Assembly: GCA_030064845.1 (NCBI GenBank)
Contig: JASJEC010000024.1
Span: 1,102-65,101 of the forward strand
DNA from: Kiloniellales bacterium
GTDB lineage: Bacteria; Pseudomonadota; Alphaproteobacteria; Kiloniellales; JAKSDN01
DNA length: 64,000 nt
Reading direction: 5' to 3'
Shown here piece after piece: positions 8,290-16,523 of the stretch; position 1 is the stretch's first letter, and each line of letters starts with the position of its first letter. Made by a program: the position numbers and the translations under genes. Below the pieces are notes generated by a model. That model did no database searches, was not told the DNA's origin, and worked only from the letters and a program-made list of their open reading frames with translations.

Positions 8290-10371
8290 TTGCGCCCGGA
8301 AATCCTCTTCGGCCTCTTCGCGCCCCTCACCTCCTTGCCGGGCGTCGGAGCACGCCTGGCGAAGCTGTTCGAGGGGCTGGCCGGACCGCACGTTCTCGAT
8401 CTCTGCTGGCATTGGCCGACCGGCCTGATCGACCGGCGCTATGCGCCCAGCCTGGCGGAAGCCCTGCCGGGCCGGGTCGCCACGCTCAGCCTGCGCGTCG
8501 AACGACACGAGGCGCCCCGCGTGCCCCGCCGGCCCTACCGCGTGACCTGCAGCGACGGGACAGGGCGGCTGGAGCTGGTCTTCTTCCACACCCGCGGCGA
8601 CTATCTCAGCAAGGTCCTGCCGGTCGGTGAGGAGGTCGTCGTCAGCGGCCGACTCGAGCTCTTCAACGAAGGCCTGCAGATGACCCACCCGGATCACATC
8701 GGCCGGCCCGCTGACCGCGCCACCCTGATGACCGTGGAGCCGGTCTATCCCCTGACCGCCGGGCTGTCGCTCAAGGTCGTCGGCAAGGCGGTCCAGGCGG
8801 CCCTGGAGCGCGTGCCGGACCTGCCGGAATGGCTCGATCCCGCCCTGGTCCAGCGCGAAAGCTGGCGCCCCTGGGCAGAGAGCCTGCGCCGGGTCCACCA
8901 GCCCGCCGGGGCCGCCGACCTCGAGCCCGGGGTGCCCGCCCGCCGGCGGCTCGCCTACGACGAGTTGCTGGCCAACCAGCTCGCCCTGGGCCTGGTCCGG
9001 GAGCGCCAGAGGCGCCGCAAGGGCCGCTCTATCGTGGGCGACGGCAGGTTCCGGCGGCCGGTGATCGAGGCCCTGCCCTACAGCCTCACAGGGTCCCAGG
9101 AAACCGCCCTGGAGGAGATTCTGGCCGAGATGGCTGCCGAGGAGCGCATGCTCCGGCTGCTTCAGGGCGACGTCGGCAGCGGCAAGACCGTGGTCGCCCT
9201 GCTCGCCATGCTGGCCGCGGTCGAGGCGGGCTGTCAGGCCGTCCTGATGGCGCCGACGGAGATCCTGGCCAGCCAGCACCACGATACCCTGAGCGCCCTG
9301 GCGGCGCCCGCTGGCCTCCGCGTGGAACTGCTCACCGGGCGCCGCAAGGGCAAGGCCAGGCGCGAGGCGCTGGAGCGCCTGGCCAGCGGCGAGGCTCGTC
9401 TCGCGGTCGGCACTCACGCCCTTTTCCAGGAGGACGTTGCGTTCCACGATCTCGGCCTGGCGGTGATCGACGAGCAGCACCGCTTCGGGGTCCACCAGCG
9501 CCTGACCCTCGGGGCCAAGGGGCGCGCCGTCGACATCCTGGTCATGACCGCGACGCCGATCCCGCGCAGCCTCATGCTGACCGCCTACGGCGACCTCCTG
9601 GCCTCCAAGCTGACCGAGCGCCCCGCCGGGCGCCAGCCGGTCGATACCCGGGTCCTGCCCCTGGAGCGCCTCGACGACGTGGTCGAGGCGGTCGGCCGGG
9701 CGCTCGACCGCGGCGCCAAGGGCTACTGGGTCTGTCCGTTGGTAGAGGAATCCGAGACGATCGACGTGGCCGCCGCCGAGGACCGCCACGCCGTCCTGGC
9801 CGAGCGTTTCGGCCGCCGCGTCGGACTGGTCCACGGCCGCATGTCGGGCGAGGACAAGGACGCGGCGATGGCGGCCTTCGCCGAGGGGCCGGTCGATCTG
9901 CTGGTGGCCACGACGGTCATCGAGGTCGGGGTCGACGTCCCGGCCGCAACGGTGCTGGTGATCGAGCATGCCGAGCGCTTCGGCCTGGCGCAGCTCCATC
10001 AGCTGCGCGGCCGGATTGGGCGCGGCGCCGGCAAGTCGACCTGCCTGCTCTGCTATCAGGCGCCGCTCGGCGAGACCGCCCGCGCCCGCCTCGAGATCAT
10101 GCGCCAGACCGACGACGGCTTTCGCATCGCCGAAGAGGATCTCAGGCTGCGCGGCGCCGGAGAGGTGCTCGGGACCCGCCAGAGCGGCATGCCCACCTTC
10201 CGCGTGGCCGACCTGGCGGTCCACGGCGACCTCCTGGCCATGGCCCGCGACGACGCCCGCCTGATCCTGGAAAAGGACCCGGGGCTCACCGGTCCGCGCG
10301 GCGAAGCGCTAAGGGTCCTGCTCTACCTCTTCGAGCGGGACCAGGCGATCAAGTATCTGAGGTCGGGATAA
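8290..10371 (+). CDS. recG: ATP-dependent DNA helicase RecG
   Basis: MRPEILFGLFAPLTSLPGVG N-terminus, GDVGSGKT Walker A, DEQHRFG motif II, QLHQLRGRIGRG motif VI. The start codon at 8290 is TTG. Confidence 0.96.
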   Translation: MRPEILFGLFAPLTSLPGVGARLAKLFEGLAGPHVLDLCWHWPTGLIDRRYAPSLAEALPGRVATLSLRVERHEAPRVPRRPYRVTCSDGTGRLELVFFHTRGDYLSKVLPVGEEVVVSGRLELFNEGLQMTHPDHIGRPADRATLMTVEPVYPLTAGLSLKVVGKAVQAALERVPDLPEWLDPALVQRESWRPWAESLRRVHQPAGAADLEPGVPARRRLAYDELLANQLALGLVRERQRRRKGRSIVGDGRFRRPVIEALPYSLTGSQETALEEILAEMAAEERMLRLLQGDVGSGKTVVALLAMLAAVEAGCQAVLMAPTEILASQHHDTLSALAAPAGLRVELLTGRRKGKARREALERLASGEARLAVGTHALFQEDVAFHDLGLAVIDEQHRFGVHQRLTLGAKGRAVDILVMTATPIPRSLMLTAYGDLLASKLTERPAGRQPVDTRVLPLERLDDVVEAVGRALDRGAKGYWVCPLVEESETIDVAAAEDRHAVLAERFGRRVGLVHGRMSGEDKDAAMAAFAEGPVDLLVATTVIEVGVDVPAATVLVIEHAERFGLAQLHQLRGRIGRGAGKSTCLLCYQAPLGETARARLEIMRQTDDGFRIAEEDLRLRGAGEVLGTRQSGMPTFRVADLAVHGDLLAMARDDARLILEKDPGLTGPRGEALRVLLYLFERDQAIKYLRSG

Positions 10372-10380
10372 GCGGCGCGC

Positions 10381-11853
10381 CTATTCCGCAGGCTCGGCCG
10401 GCTCCAGGGTATCCTGCCGGGATCCGGTCTCGGGCTGCGGCTCGTCCGCCTGCTTCTCCTTGCGCCGGTCTGGCGGGGTGACGATGCCGCCGGAGACTAC
10501 CATCTTGAGGCCCTCCTCCACGGTCATGGAGAGCTCCTGCGCCTCCTCCCGGGGCACGAAGAGGAGAAAGCCGGAGGTCGGGTTCGGCGTGGTCGGCAAG
10601 AAAACATTCAGAACATCGGGAGCCGTCGTCTTGTCCAGGATGCGTTCATCGGCCTGGCCGGTTAGGAAACCGATCGCCCAGACATCGGGGCGCGGATACT
10701 GGAACAGCACCACCTTGCGGAAGGCCGTGGACTGCTGCGACAGGATGGTGTGCAGGATCTGCTTGACCCCGCTGTAGAGGCTGCGGATCACGGGCACCTG
10801 GGCCAGGACGCGCTCGCCGCTGCGCATCAGCATGCGCCCGGTCAAGCCGGCCGTGAACATGCCTACCAAGGTCAGTCCGATCAGGGCGAAGATCAGCCCC
10901 AGGCCGGGGATGTCGAAGGGCAGATAGGTTTCCGGATGCCACCAGAGGGGGATGTAGGGGTCGACCTGGGCATCGACGAAGGACACGAACTTCCAGGTCA
11001 GCCAGAAGGTGATCGCGATCGGGGCGGAGATCAGGATGCCGGCGAGAAAGTAGTTGCGCAGGCGCGCGGCGAAGCTGAAGCGGCGCTTCGGTCGGCTCTT
11101 GGACTCCTCGGGCTCCAGGTCCGACGCCCGAATGGTGACCGTCTTCGGTGCCTCTCCCGGCGCAGGGGGCGTGATGATCCCGCCGGATATCACCAGCTTG
11201 ACGCCCTCCTCGACGGTCATGTCGAGCACGTGGACATCGCGTTTCGGGACGAACAGCAGGAACCCGGTGGTCGGGTTGGGCGTCGCCGGGATGAAGACGT
11301 TGATCGTGGTGTCGTCGGTCAGGGCCTGCACTTCCCCGACCGTCTCGCCGGTCACGAAGCCGACGGCCCAGACGCCGCGCGAGGGATACTCAATCAGCGC
11401 CACCTGGCGGAAGGCGTTGGACTTCTGCGCGAGGACCGTCTCCAGGATCTGCTTGGTGGCGCTGTAGACAGAGCGCACCACCGGCACGCGGGCCAGGAGG
11501 CGTTCGCTGTGGCCGGTGATGATCCGGCCGAGAAAGCCGGCGGTCGCCACTCCGATCAGAATGAGGATGATCACCGCCACGATCAGGCCGATGCCGGGCA
11601 GACTGAAGGGCAGATAGGTTTCCGGGTTCCAGGCCACCGGCACGAGGGGCATCACCGAATCGTCGACAAACTCGATCAGGTTCCAGGCGATCCAGAAGGT
11701 GATGCCGACCGGCGACGTCACCAGGATACCCGCGAGGAAGTAGTTTCGAAGGCGCGCCGCCAAGCTCGGCCGCAGGTTCTTCGGCGTCCGTGGACGCCTT
11801 ACCTTGGGCCCCCCGGCCTTGAACCCGAACTGCCGTTCCCGCTTTTGCTTCAT
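10381..11853 (-). CDS. DUF502-family membrane protein with two tandem DUF502 modules
   Basis: Two collinear copies of RLRNYFLAGIL..PETYLPF..PG(I/L)GL..VP(V/I)(V/I)RS(V/L)YS..KQIL..PNPT(T/S)GFLLFVP..MTVEEG(V/L)K(L/M)V(I/V)SGG. Each is preceded by a basic stretch. ATG at 11853. Confidence 0.85.
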   Translation of the reverse strand: MKQKRERQFGFKAGGPKVRRPRTPKNLRPSLAARLRNYFLAGILVTSPVGITFWIAWNLIEFVDDSVMPLVPVAWNPETYLPFSLPGIGLIVAVIILILIGVATAGFLGRIITGHSERLLARVPVVRSVYSATKQILETVLAQKSNAFRQVALIEYPSRGVWAVGFVTGETVGEVQALTDDTTINVFIPATPNPTTGFLLFVPKRDVHVLDMTVEEGVKLVISGGIITPPAPGEAPKTVTIRASDLEPEESKSRPKRRFSFAARLRNYFLAGILISAPIAITFWLTWKFVSFVDAQVDPYIPLWWHPETYLPFDIPGLGLIFALIGLTLVGMFTAGLTGRMLMRSGERVLAQVPVIRSLYSGVKQILHTILSQQSTAFRKVVLFQYPRPDVWAIGFLTGQADERILDKTTAPDVLNVFLPTTPNPTSGFLLFVPREEAQELSMTVEEGLKMVVSGGIVTPPDRRKEKQADEPQPETGSRQDTLEPAEPAE

Positions 11854-11966
11854 GTGTCCTCAACGCTCGTGGCGACCGGGCATGTCGCCCCTCCACCATA
11901 AACATAGGTGCTGAAGCAGGTTACGGCAAAACCGTGCAAATTGTTTAACCGGTTCGGCGGAACCTT

Positions 11967-12833
11967 CTAGAAGAAGGCCAAGAGCTCCGCCAGGGTCTCC
12001 TCGGGCACCTCCTCCGCCAGAAAGTGACCGCAGGGCAGTGTTCGTCCCTGGACCGATTCCGCCCGCTCCCGCCAGGCCGCGAGGACGTCGAAGCAGCGCT
12101 CGACGACGCCCTTCTGGCCCCAGAGCACGAGCAGCGGGCAGGTGAGACGCTTGGCGAGGTCGGCAGCGTCGTGCTCCAGGTCGATACTGGCCGCCGCCCG
12201 GTAGTCCTCACAGGTAGCGTGGATCGTCTGCGGGTTGGCGAAACAGCGCTTGTATTCGGCCACGACCTCTACCGGGAAGGCGCCGGGTTCCCGGCTCCAG
12301 TGCCCGATCTTGTGATCGAGGAAGTACCCGGGATCGGCGCCGATCAGCCGCTCCGGCAGGTCGTAGGGCTGGATCAGGAAGAACCAGTGATAGTAGGCGG
12401 TCGCGAAGTCCTTGTCGGTCTGCTCGTACATGGTTTTGGTCGGCGCGATGTCGAGCAGGGCCACCTTCTCGATCCGCTCCCCGTGATCCAGCGCCATGCG
12501 ATGGGCCACCCGGCCCCCCCGGTCGTGGCCGGCGACGCCGAAGCGCTCGAACCCGAGGGCCGCCATGACCTCGACCTGGTCGCGGGCCATCGCCCGCTTG
12601 CTGTATCCGGCGTGGCCTTCGCCCGCCGGCGGTTTTCCGGAGTCGCCGTAACCGCGCAGGTCGGCGGCGACCACGGTGAAGCGTTCGGCAAGGCCGGGAG
12701 CGACCTTGTGCCACATTACGTGGGTCTGCGGGTAGCCGTGCAGCAGCAGCAGAGGCGGCCCCGAGCCGCCGATCCTGAGATTGATCTCGGTCTCGCTGCT
12801 TGAAACTCTTCTTTGCTCAAAGCCTTCGAACAC
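11967..12833 (-). CDS. alpha/beta hydrolase, haloacetate dehalogenase / epoxide hydrolase-like
   Basis: (V)FEGFEQRRV..GGSGPPLLLLHGYPQTHVMW..DLRGYGDS..GHDRGGRVAHRMALD, with the nucleophile Asp in an HDRGG context. Start reassigned to GTG 12833 because the upstream extension is Arg-rich junk. Confidence 0.8.
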   Translation of the reverse strand: MFEGFEQRRVSSSETEINLRIGGSGPPLLLLHGYPQTHVMWHKVAPGLAERFTVVAADLRGYGDSGKPPAGEGHAGYSKRAMARDQVEVMAALGFERFGVAGHDRGGRVAHRMALDHGERIEKVALLDIAPTKTMYEQTDKDFATAYYHWFFLIQPYDLPERLIGADPGYFLDHKIGHWSREPGAFPVEVVAEYKRCFANPQTIHATCEDYRAAASIDLEHDAADLAKRLTCPLLVLWGQKGVVERCFDVLAAWRERAESVQGRTLPCGHFLAEEVPEETLAELLAFF

Positions 12834-12975
12834 AATGCTCTCCCCCCAACAAGCCTTGCCGGTCGGGCATCGTCGCTGTCGAAGTCGTCGAGACTCGCGG
12901 CGCTGGGACCTGCCCCCTCGTTGCGCGGAGCATAGGGCGCGGCGGGGCCGGTGCAAAGGTCACCGAATTTTAGTG

Positions 12976-13062
12976 TGGTGCGGCTGGAGGGACTCGAACC
13001 CCCACGGGCTTTCGCCCACTAGCACCTGAAGCTAGCGCGTCTACCAATTCCGCCACAGCCGC
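12976..13062 (-). tRNA. tRNA-Leu (anticodon CAG)
   Basis: The reverse complement is GCGGCTGTGGCGGAATTGGTAGACGCGCTAGCTTCAGGTGCTAGTGGGCGAAAGCCCGTGGGGGTTCGAGTCCCTCCAGCCGCACCA. It has a CTAGC/GCTAG anticodon stem, loop TTCAGGT, a long variable arm, a GGTTCGAGTCC T-arm and an encoded CCA. Confidence 0.93.
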
Positions 13063-13109
13063 GGGCGGCTCCTTGGGGTGTGCTTTCCAGCCCGGTGATC
13101 CGGCGCCGT

Positions 13110-13196
13110 TGGTGCGGCTGAGAGGACTTGAACCTCCACGGGGTTGCCCCCACAGCGCCCTCAACGCTGCGCGTCTACCAATTCCGCCACAGCCGC
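13110..13196 (-). tRNA. tRNA-Leu (anticodon GAG)
   Basis: The reverse complement is GCGGCTGTGGCGGAATTGGTAGACGCGCAGCGTTGAGGGCGCTGTGGGGGCAACCCCGTGGAGGTTCAAGTCCTCTCAGCCGCACCA. It has a CAGCG/CGCTG anticodon stem, loop TTGAGGG and a long variable arm. The first 28 nt are identical to the neighbouring tRNA. Confidence 0.93.
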
Positions 13197-13363
13197 ATGA
13201 GGTGCCGACAGGCGGAAAGCACCCTGAGAAGAGCGGAGCGTGTTATAACGTCTGGCGGAAAAAGGGCAACGGAAATATTGGCAGCCTCGTGTTCCGTGCC
13301 CATGTGCTCCGGGACCGGGGCTATCGGCCTCCGGTCCCCTGCGAATTCGAGAGTTGAAGGGCG

Positions 13364-13585
13364 ATGCGCCTGCTGGTTCTGATCGGCATCCTGGGCGGCC
13401 TCCTGGCGGCGACGGCGGCGGTCGTCGCTTACGCCTGGACCAGCATGGCCGAAGTCGACATCAGTCCCCACGGGATCCTGGCCCTCGTTCTCGGGGTCGT
13501 CTTGAGCCTGCTCCTGGGCGCCGGCTTGATGTTCCTGATCTTCTACAGCAGCCGGCGGGGCTACGACGACGACGTCGGCTCCTGA
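13364..13585 (+). CDS. small two-helix membrane protein (hypothetical)
   Basis: 73 aa with two hydrophobic segments (LLVLIGILGGLLAATAAVVAYAW and ILALVLGVVLSLLLGAGLMFLIFY) and an acidic tail. It has GC-rich third positions and GAAGG upstream of the ATG. Confidence 0.6.
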   Translation: MRLLVLIGILGGLLAATAAVVAYAWTSMAEVDISPHGILALVLGVVLSLLLGAGLMFLIFYSSRRGYDDDVGS

Positions 13586-13710
13586 GCGCCAGCCATGCAA
13601 ATTGCGGTGGTCTGACAAGGCGTTTCGGCAATGGTCCCGCGACCGCCGACGGATCAATTATCCGGAGCGGCCAGGAAGCGGCCCGGAACGCCAAGCTGGA
13701 GGTCAATGCC

Positions 13711-13788
13711 ATGAACATGTCGAACCTCATCGGACTTGCCCATATGGGCGCCCTCGCCCTGCTCGGCTTGGCGGTGGTGCTGTCCTAG
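13711..13788 (+). CDS. candidate 25-aa hydrophobic micropeptide
   Basis: ATG at 13711 is preceded by GGAGG at 13698-13702 (8-nt spacing). The peptide is MNMSNLIGLAHMGALALLGLAVVLS. A GGATCGC/GCGATCC hairpin follows at 13802-13820. Confidence 0.35.
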   Translation: MNMSNLIGLAHMGALALLGLAVVLS

Positions 13789-14081
13789 AAGGCGCGCGAA
13801 TGGATCGCTCTGGGCGATCCTGTTTCAATCAAACTCTGCTGTCGGGAGGTCAGGGGCTGAAAGTGGCCCTACCTGGGCGCTCGTGAGCCTGCCTGGCTGG
13901 CGAAAAAACTACGCCAAGCACGTTTATATGGGCTGAACGAACATGCTTAAGCGACCGTGGACAAGAGGTTGAGATTCTGATCACTCGCGGTCCTAACCGC
14001 CTGTTGAAGCGGTTTGCCATTGATTAACCAAGGCACCGCTAGGCTGCCCGGGTCTCGAAATCATCGCCCGTCTACTGCGCC

Positions 14082-14606
14082 ATGTGCCGCCGCCAAAGCC
14101 TGCTCGTCGTCCTCCTCGCCATCCTGGCGCAGCCGGTGCCAACAATGTCGGCGTCGGCCGATTTCCAGGATGGTTTGCAGTCCTACTACCGGATGAGCTT
14201 TTCCAGGGCGCTCTCCGTCTGGCGCCCGCTCGCCGAAGACGGCGATCCAAAAGCCCAGTACCAGCTAGGCGTCATGTACTACCGCGGCGAGGGCGTGCGC
14301 CAGAGCTATGACGAGGCCGCCGAGTGGTACCGGCGCGCCGCGGAAGGTGGCGACGCCGACGCTCAGTTCAACCTGGGACTGATGTATGCCAACGGTATCG
14401 GGCTCGACCGGGACTATGTCTCGGCCCATGTCTGGTTCACCCTGGCGGCATCGACCTACGCCCATCGCCAGCGCGAGACCTGGGCGATCGCGGATCCCCA
14501 CTGGGCCGCCCGAAATCGGGACTGGGCCGCCAGCAAGCTCTCGACCGAGCAGCTCGCGACCGCCCGCCGGCGCATCAGCGCCCTGCGGTCCCGGCTCCCG
14601 GGCTGA
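14082..14606 (+). CDS. Sel1-repeat (TPR-like) exported protein
   Basis: Signal-peptide-like N-terminus (LLVVLLAILAQPVPTMSASA). Repeated Sel1 units: DPKAQYQLGVMYYRGEGVRQSYDEAAEWYRRAAEGGDADAQFNLGLMYANGIGLDRDY. Confidence 0.85.
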   Translation: MCRRQSLLVVLLAILAQPVPTMSASADFQDGLQSYYRMSFSRALSVWRPLAEDGDPKAQYQLGVMYYRGEGVRQSYDEAAEWYRRAAEGGDADAQFNLGLMYANGIGLDRDYVSAHVWFTLAASTYAHRQRETWAIADPHWAARNRDWAASKLSTEQLATARRRISALRSRLPG

Positions 14607-14611
14607 TCGAC

Positions 14612-15244
14612 CTACTTGGTGCCGTAGAGGCGGTCCCCGGCGTCTCCCAGGCCGGGGACGATATAGCCGTGATCGTTCAGGCGCTCGTCGATCGACCCCG
14701 TGAAGATCGGGATTTCCGGATGCTCTGCCGCTAAGGCGGCGATCCCCTCGGGGGCCGCCAGGAGACAGACGTACTTGATGTTGGTCGCGCCCGCGTCCTT
14801 GATCCGCGAAAGCGCCGCGGCGGCCGAGTTGCCGGTCGCCAGCATCGGATCGACGGCGATCACCAGACGCTCGCCCAGGCCTTCGGGAACCTTGAAGTAG
14901 TACTCGACGGCGGTCAGCGTCTCCGGGTCGCGGTAGAGCCCGACGTGGCCCACCCTGGCCGAAGGCACCAGGTCGAGTATGCCTTCCAGCAGGCCATTCC
15001 CGGCCCGCAGGATCGAGATCAGCACCATTTTCTTGCCCGCGAGCTTGGGCGCCCGCATGGGCCCCAGCGGCGTCTCGATGTTGGCGGTGGTCAGCGGCAG
15101 GTCCCGCGTGACTTCGTAGGCGAGCAGCAGGGAGACTTCCCGCATCAGCTGCCGGAACGTCGCCGTCGGGGTCTCCTTGCGCCGCATGAGCGCCAGCTTG
15201 TGTTGGACCAGGGGATGATCGACCACGGTAACCGCGTGTCCCAT
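14612..15244 (-). CDS. upp: uracil phosphoribosyltransferase
   Basis: [15 protein letters not shown].., ILRAG, a PRPP-binding DPMLATGNS motif and a C-terminal [20 protein letters not shown] at 15244. Confidence 0.95.
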   Translation of the reverse strand: MGHAVTVVDHPLVQHKLALMRRKETPTATFRQLMREVSLLLAYEVTRDLPLTTANIETPLGPMRAPKLAGKKMVLISILRAGNGLLEGILDLVPSARVGHVGLYRDPETLTAVEYYFKVPEGLGERLVIAVDPMLATGNSAAAALSRIKDAGATNIKYVCLLAAPEGIAALAAEHPEIPIFTGSIDERLNDHGYIVPGLGDAGDRLYGTK

Positions 15245-15274
15245 GCTACCTCCTCCGAACCGCGCTCCCTGCGC

Positions 15275-16516
15275 TCAAAAAAGCGTGCCGTCGCTCTCTA
15301 CCGCGATCGGCGGCCGCCCGTCGGACCGCTTTTCCCGGGCGATCCTGCGTCCCGCGCTCCAGGTGCCCCCTTCGAGTACCCGCGCCAGCGGAAGCCCGGC
15401 GGCGCTCAGGTCCAGGTCCGCCCGAATCTGCTCGGCGACGCGGTCGAGAAGCACGACGGTAAGCGCCCGCCATTCGACGACAAGCTCGCTGTCCGCGGCG
15501 TGCCTGCGGCCGAGGACATCGTCATGCTTGGGCCTCAGGACTCCGAGGTCAAGGAATAAGCCGCCGTTGCGGTACTCGGCGAGGCCGGTCAGGTCGTCGA
15601 GTCCGGTGACCGTCACGCCGGCGGCCTCGAGAGGCTCGACCAGGGAATAGGCCAGCCATTGCGAGAGCTTGTGGAAGGGCACGAGGCGGTCGGTCAGGTC
15701 GTTGCTGGCGGCCGCCGGATGCGGCCAGACGTCGCCGAGGACCGCGCCGTCGATGGCAAGCCGGCCGGGCCAGATCGGCCCGAGGGCCTGGAGCAGGGTG
15801 TCGAGAATGCTTGCGGCCGGCAGGCCGTCCTCTCCCGAAGCCGCCTTCAAGAAGTCGAACAGCGCGCCGATGCGCGGCCGCTCGGCGCCGAAGAGATCCG
15901 GCCGGTTGCGGAGTGCGCCACCGAGTCGTCGCAGCAGCGCGGCTCGGCCCTCCAGGCCGACCAGGGGATTGCCGGCGTCGGCCTGAAAAGAGCGACCCAG
16001 CGCCTCGGTCGTGATCTCCTCCAGGGCGTCGGCGTCGGCCCGGTATCGTTGCGCCGGGTCGGTGGAGAACAGACCGTCCTGGAAAGCGTAAAGACTGGCC
16101 AGCGCGAGGCCCTCCGAGCGCGCGTGGAGCGCGCCCGACCCGGGCTCGCGGTAGCGCCACTGGGCGCCCGCGCCGGCGTCGAGCAGCACGCTGGTCACCG
16201 CCAGGTCGATACGGATCCGGGCCAGCTCGTCGAGTGACGTCTCGGCCAGACGATCCCGAAGTTCCAACCAGCGGTCCCGGCCGTCGACGGCGAAGTGACG
16301 CCAACGGCTGTGGTAGGGAACGTCGAGCGCCGGATAACGCTCCCTCATGGTCTCGAGCACGTAGCGCGCCGCCTCACCGAGGCGTCCGGAATCGAGCGCG
16401 AAGTGGCGCAGCGCACCGGCCTCGGCGGCGTCGTACACCATTCGGCAGCGCGCGCGGATCGCCGCAGGTGTGCGCAGCCAGGCGGCGGCTGCGCGCGGAT
16501 CGGTCAAGGTCTCCAA
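15275..16516 (-). CDS. DUF1688 / URC4-family protein (uracil catabolism protein 4-like)
   Basis: From memory, the length and sequence (..DVPYHSRWRHF..DAGAG..W..FHKLSQWLAYSL..) resemble the fungal URC4/DUF1688 family. Start proposed at TTG 16516, with AGGA 6 nt upstream and 7 nt after the URC1-like stop. The track ORF extends to 16636. Confidence 0.7.
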   Translation of the reverse strand: METLTDPRAAAAWLRTPAAIRARCRMVYDAAEAGALRHFALDSGRLGEAARYVLETMRERYPALDVPYHSRWRHFAVDGRDRWLELRDRLAETSLDELARIRIDLAVTSVLLDAGAGAQWRYREPGSGALHARSEGLALASLYAFQDGLFSTDPAQRYRADADALEEITTEALGRSFQADAGNPLVGLEGRAALLRRLGGALRNRPDLFGAERPRIGALFDFLKAASGEDGLPAASILDTLLQALGPIWPGRLAIDGAVLGDVWPHPAAASNDLTDRLVPFHKLSQWLAYSLVEPLEAAGVTVTGLDDLTGLAEYRNGGLFLDLGVLRPKHDDVLGRRHAADSELVVEWRALTVVLLDRVAEQIRADLDLSAAGLPLARVLEGGTWSAGRRIAREKRSDGRPPIAVESDGTLF

Positions 16517-16523
16517 GGTGTTC

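Noticed and set aside
8275-10224. 649-aa minus-strand ORF
   Set aside because: It is antisense to recG and low in complexity (A/G/R/L/D-rich), with no recognisable domain. recG on the plus strand explains the region.
12950-13360. Genomic island or prophage integration at the tRNA-Leu genes
   Set aside because: There is no integrase, no repeat of the tRNA 3' end and no phage-like genes on either side. The flanking genes have ordinary composition.
13790-14081. Known housekeeping ncRNA (SRP RNA, 6S, RNase P, tmRNA) in the noncoding stretch
   Set aside because: I could not find the conserved motifs of those RNAs by eye. It is left as an unexplained noncoding region rather than called as an RNA gene.
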